A stretch of 14,554 nucleotides of DNA from an uncultured Gemmatimonadota bacterium (lineage in GTDB: Bacteria; SM23-81), in NCBI GenBank assembly GCA_964584035.1, contig CAZOYL010000060.1, forward strand, positions 1 through 14,554, read 5' to 3'. This document shows positions 14,530 through 14,554 of this stretch, one piece after another. The position numbers and the translations under genes were made by a program. The first letter of the stretch is position 1, and each line of letters starts with the position of its first letter. The notes under the pieces were generated by a model. It was not told the DNA's origin. It made no database searches and was given only the letters and a program-made list of their open reading frames with translations.

Positions 14530-14554
14530 GTTTGCTCTTTGAAGGGGGGCAAAA

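Noticed and set aside
14531..14554. Hairpin TTTGCTCT...GGGGCAAA at the window edge
   Set aside because: It pairs only through G-U wobble on the plus strand, would mismatch on the minus-strand transcript, and is cut by the window end.

Overview
GC-rich bacterial window with four long genes in two convergent units. The gene content suggests a diderm of FCB-group type that uses type IX secretion (T9SS)-like export; this taxonomy is inferred, not shown. (+) A 5'-truncated secreted M6-family (immune inhibitor A-like) zinc metalloprotease carries seven SBBP-type beta-propeller repeats and a C-terminal FN3-like domain (<1..3258). (-) An apparent three-gene operon encodes a divergent 505-aa FadL/PorV-like outer-membrane barrel (14517..13000), a 2811-aa surface protein (12896..4461) and a canonical PorV/UPF0164-like barrel (4452..3397), closed by a 12-bp-stem terminator. 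The 2811-aa protein has about 22 carboxypeptidase-regulatory-like modules, Ig-like domains, a ZU5-like domain ending in an HFS autoproteolysis-type motif, and a FlgD-like/T9SS-type C-terminal domain (CTD). The most notable points are: a giant CTD cargo flanked by two FadL/PorV-type barrels; an HF|S site placed to cut off its own sorting domain; and two degenerate tandem arrays (7-bp and 14-bp period) that each start at a stop codon. The 14-bp array repeats Phe-stop in all three reading frames.
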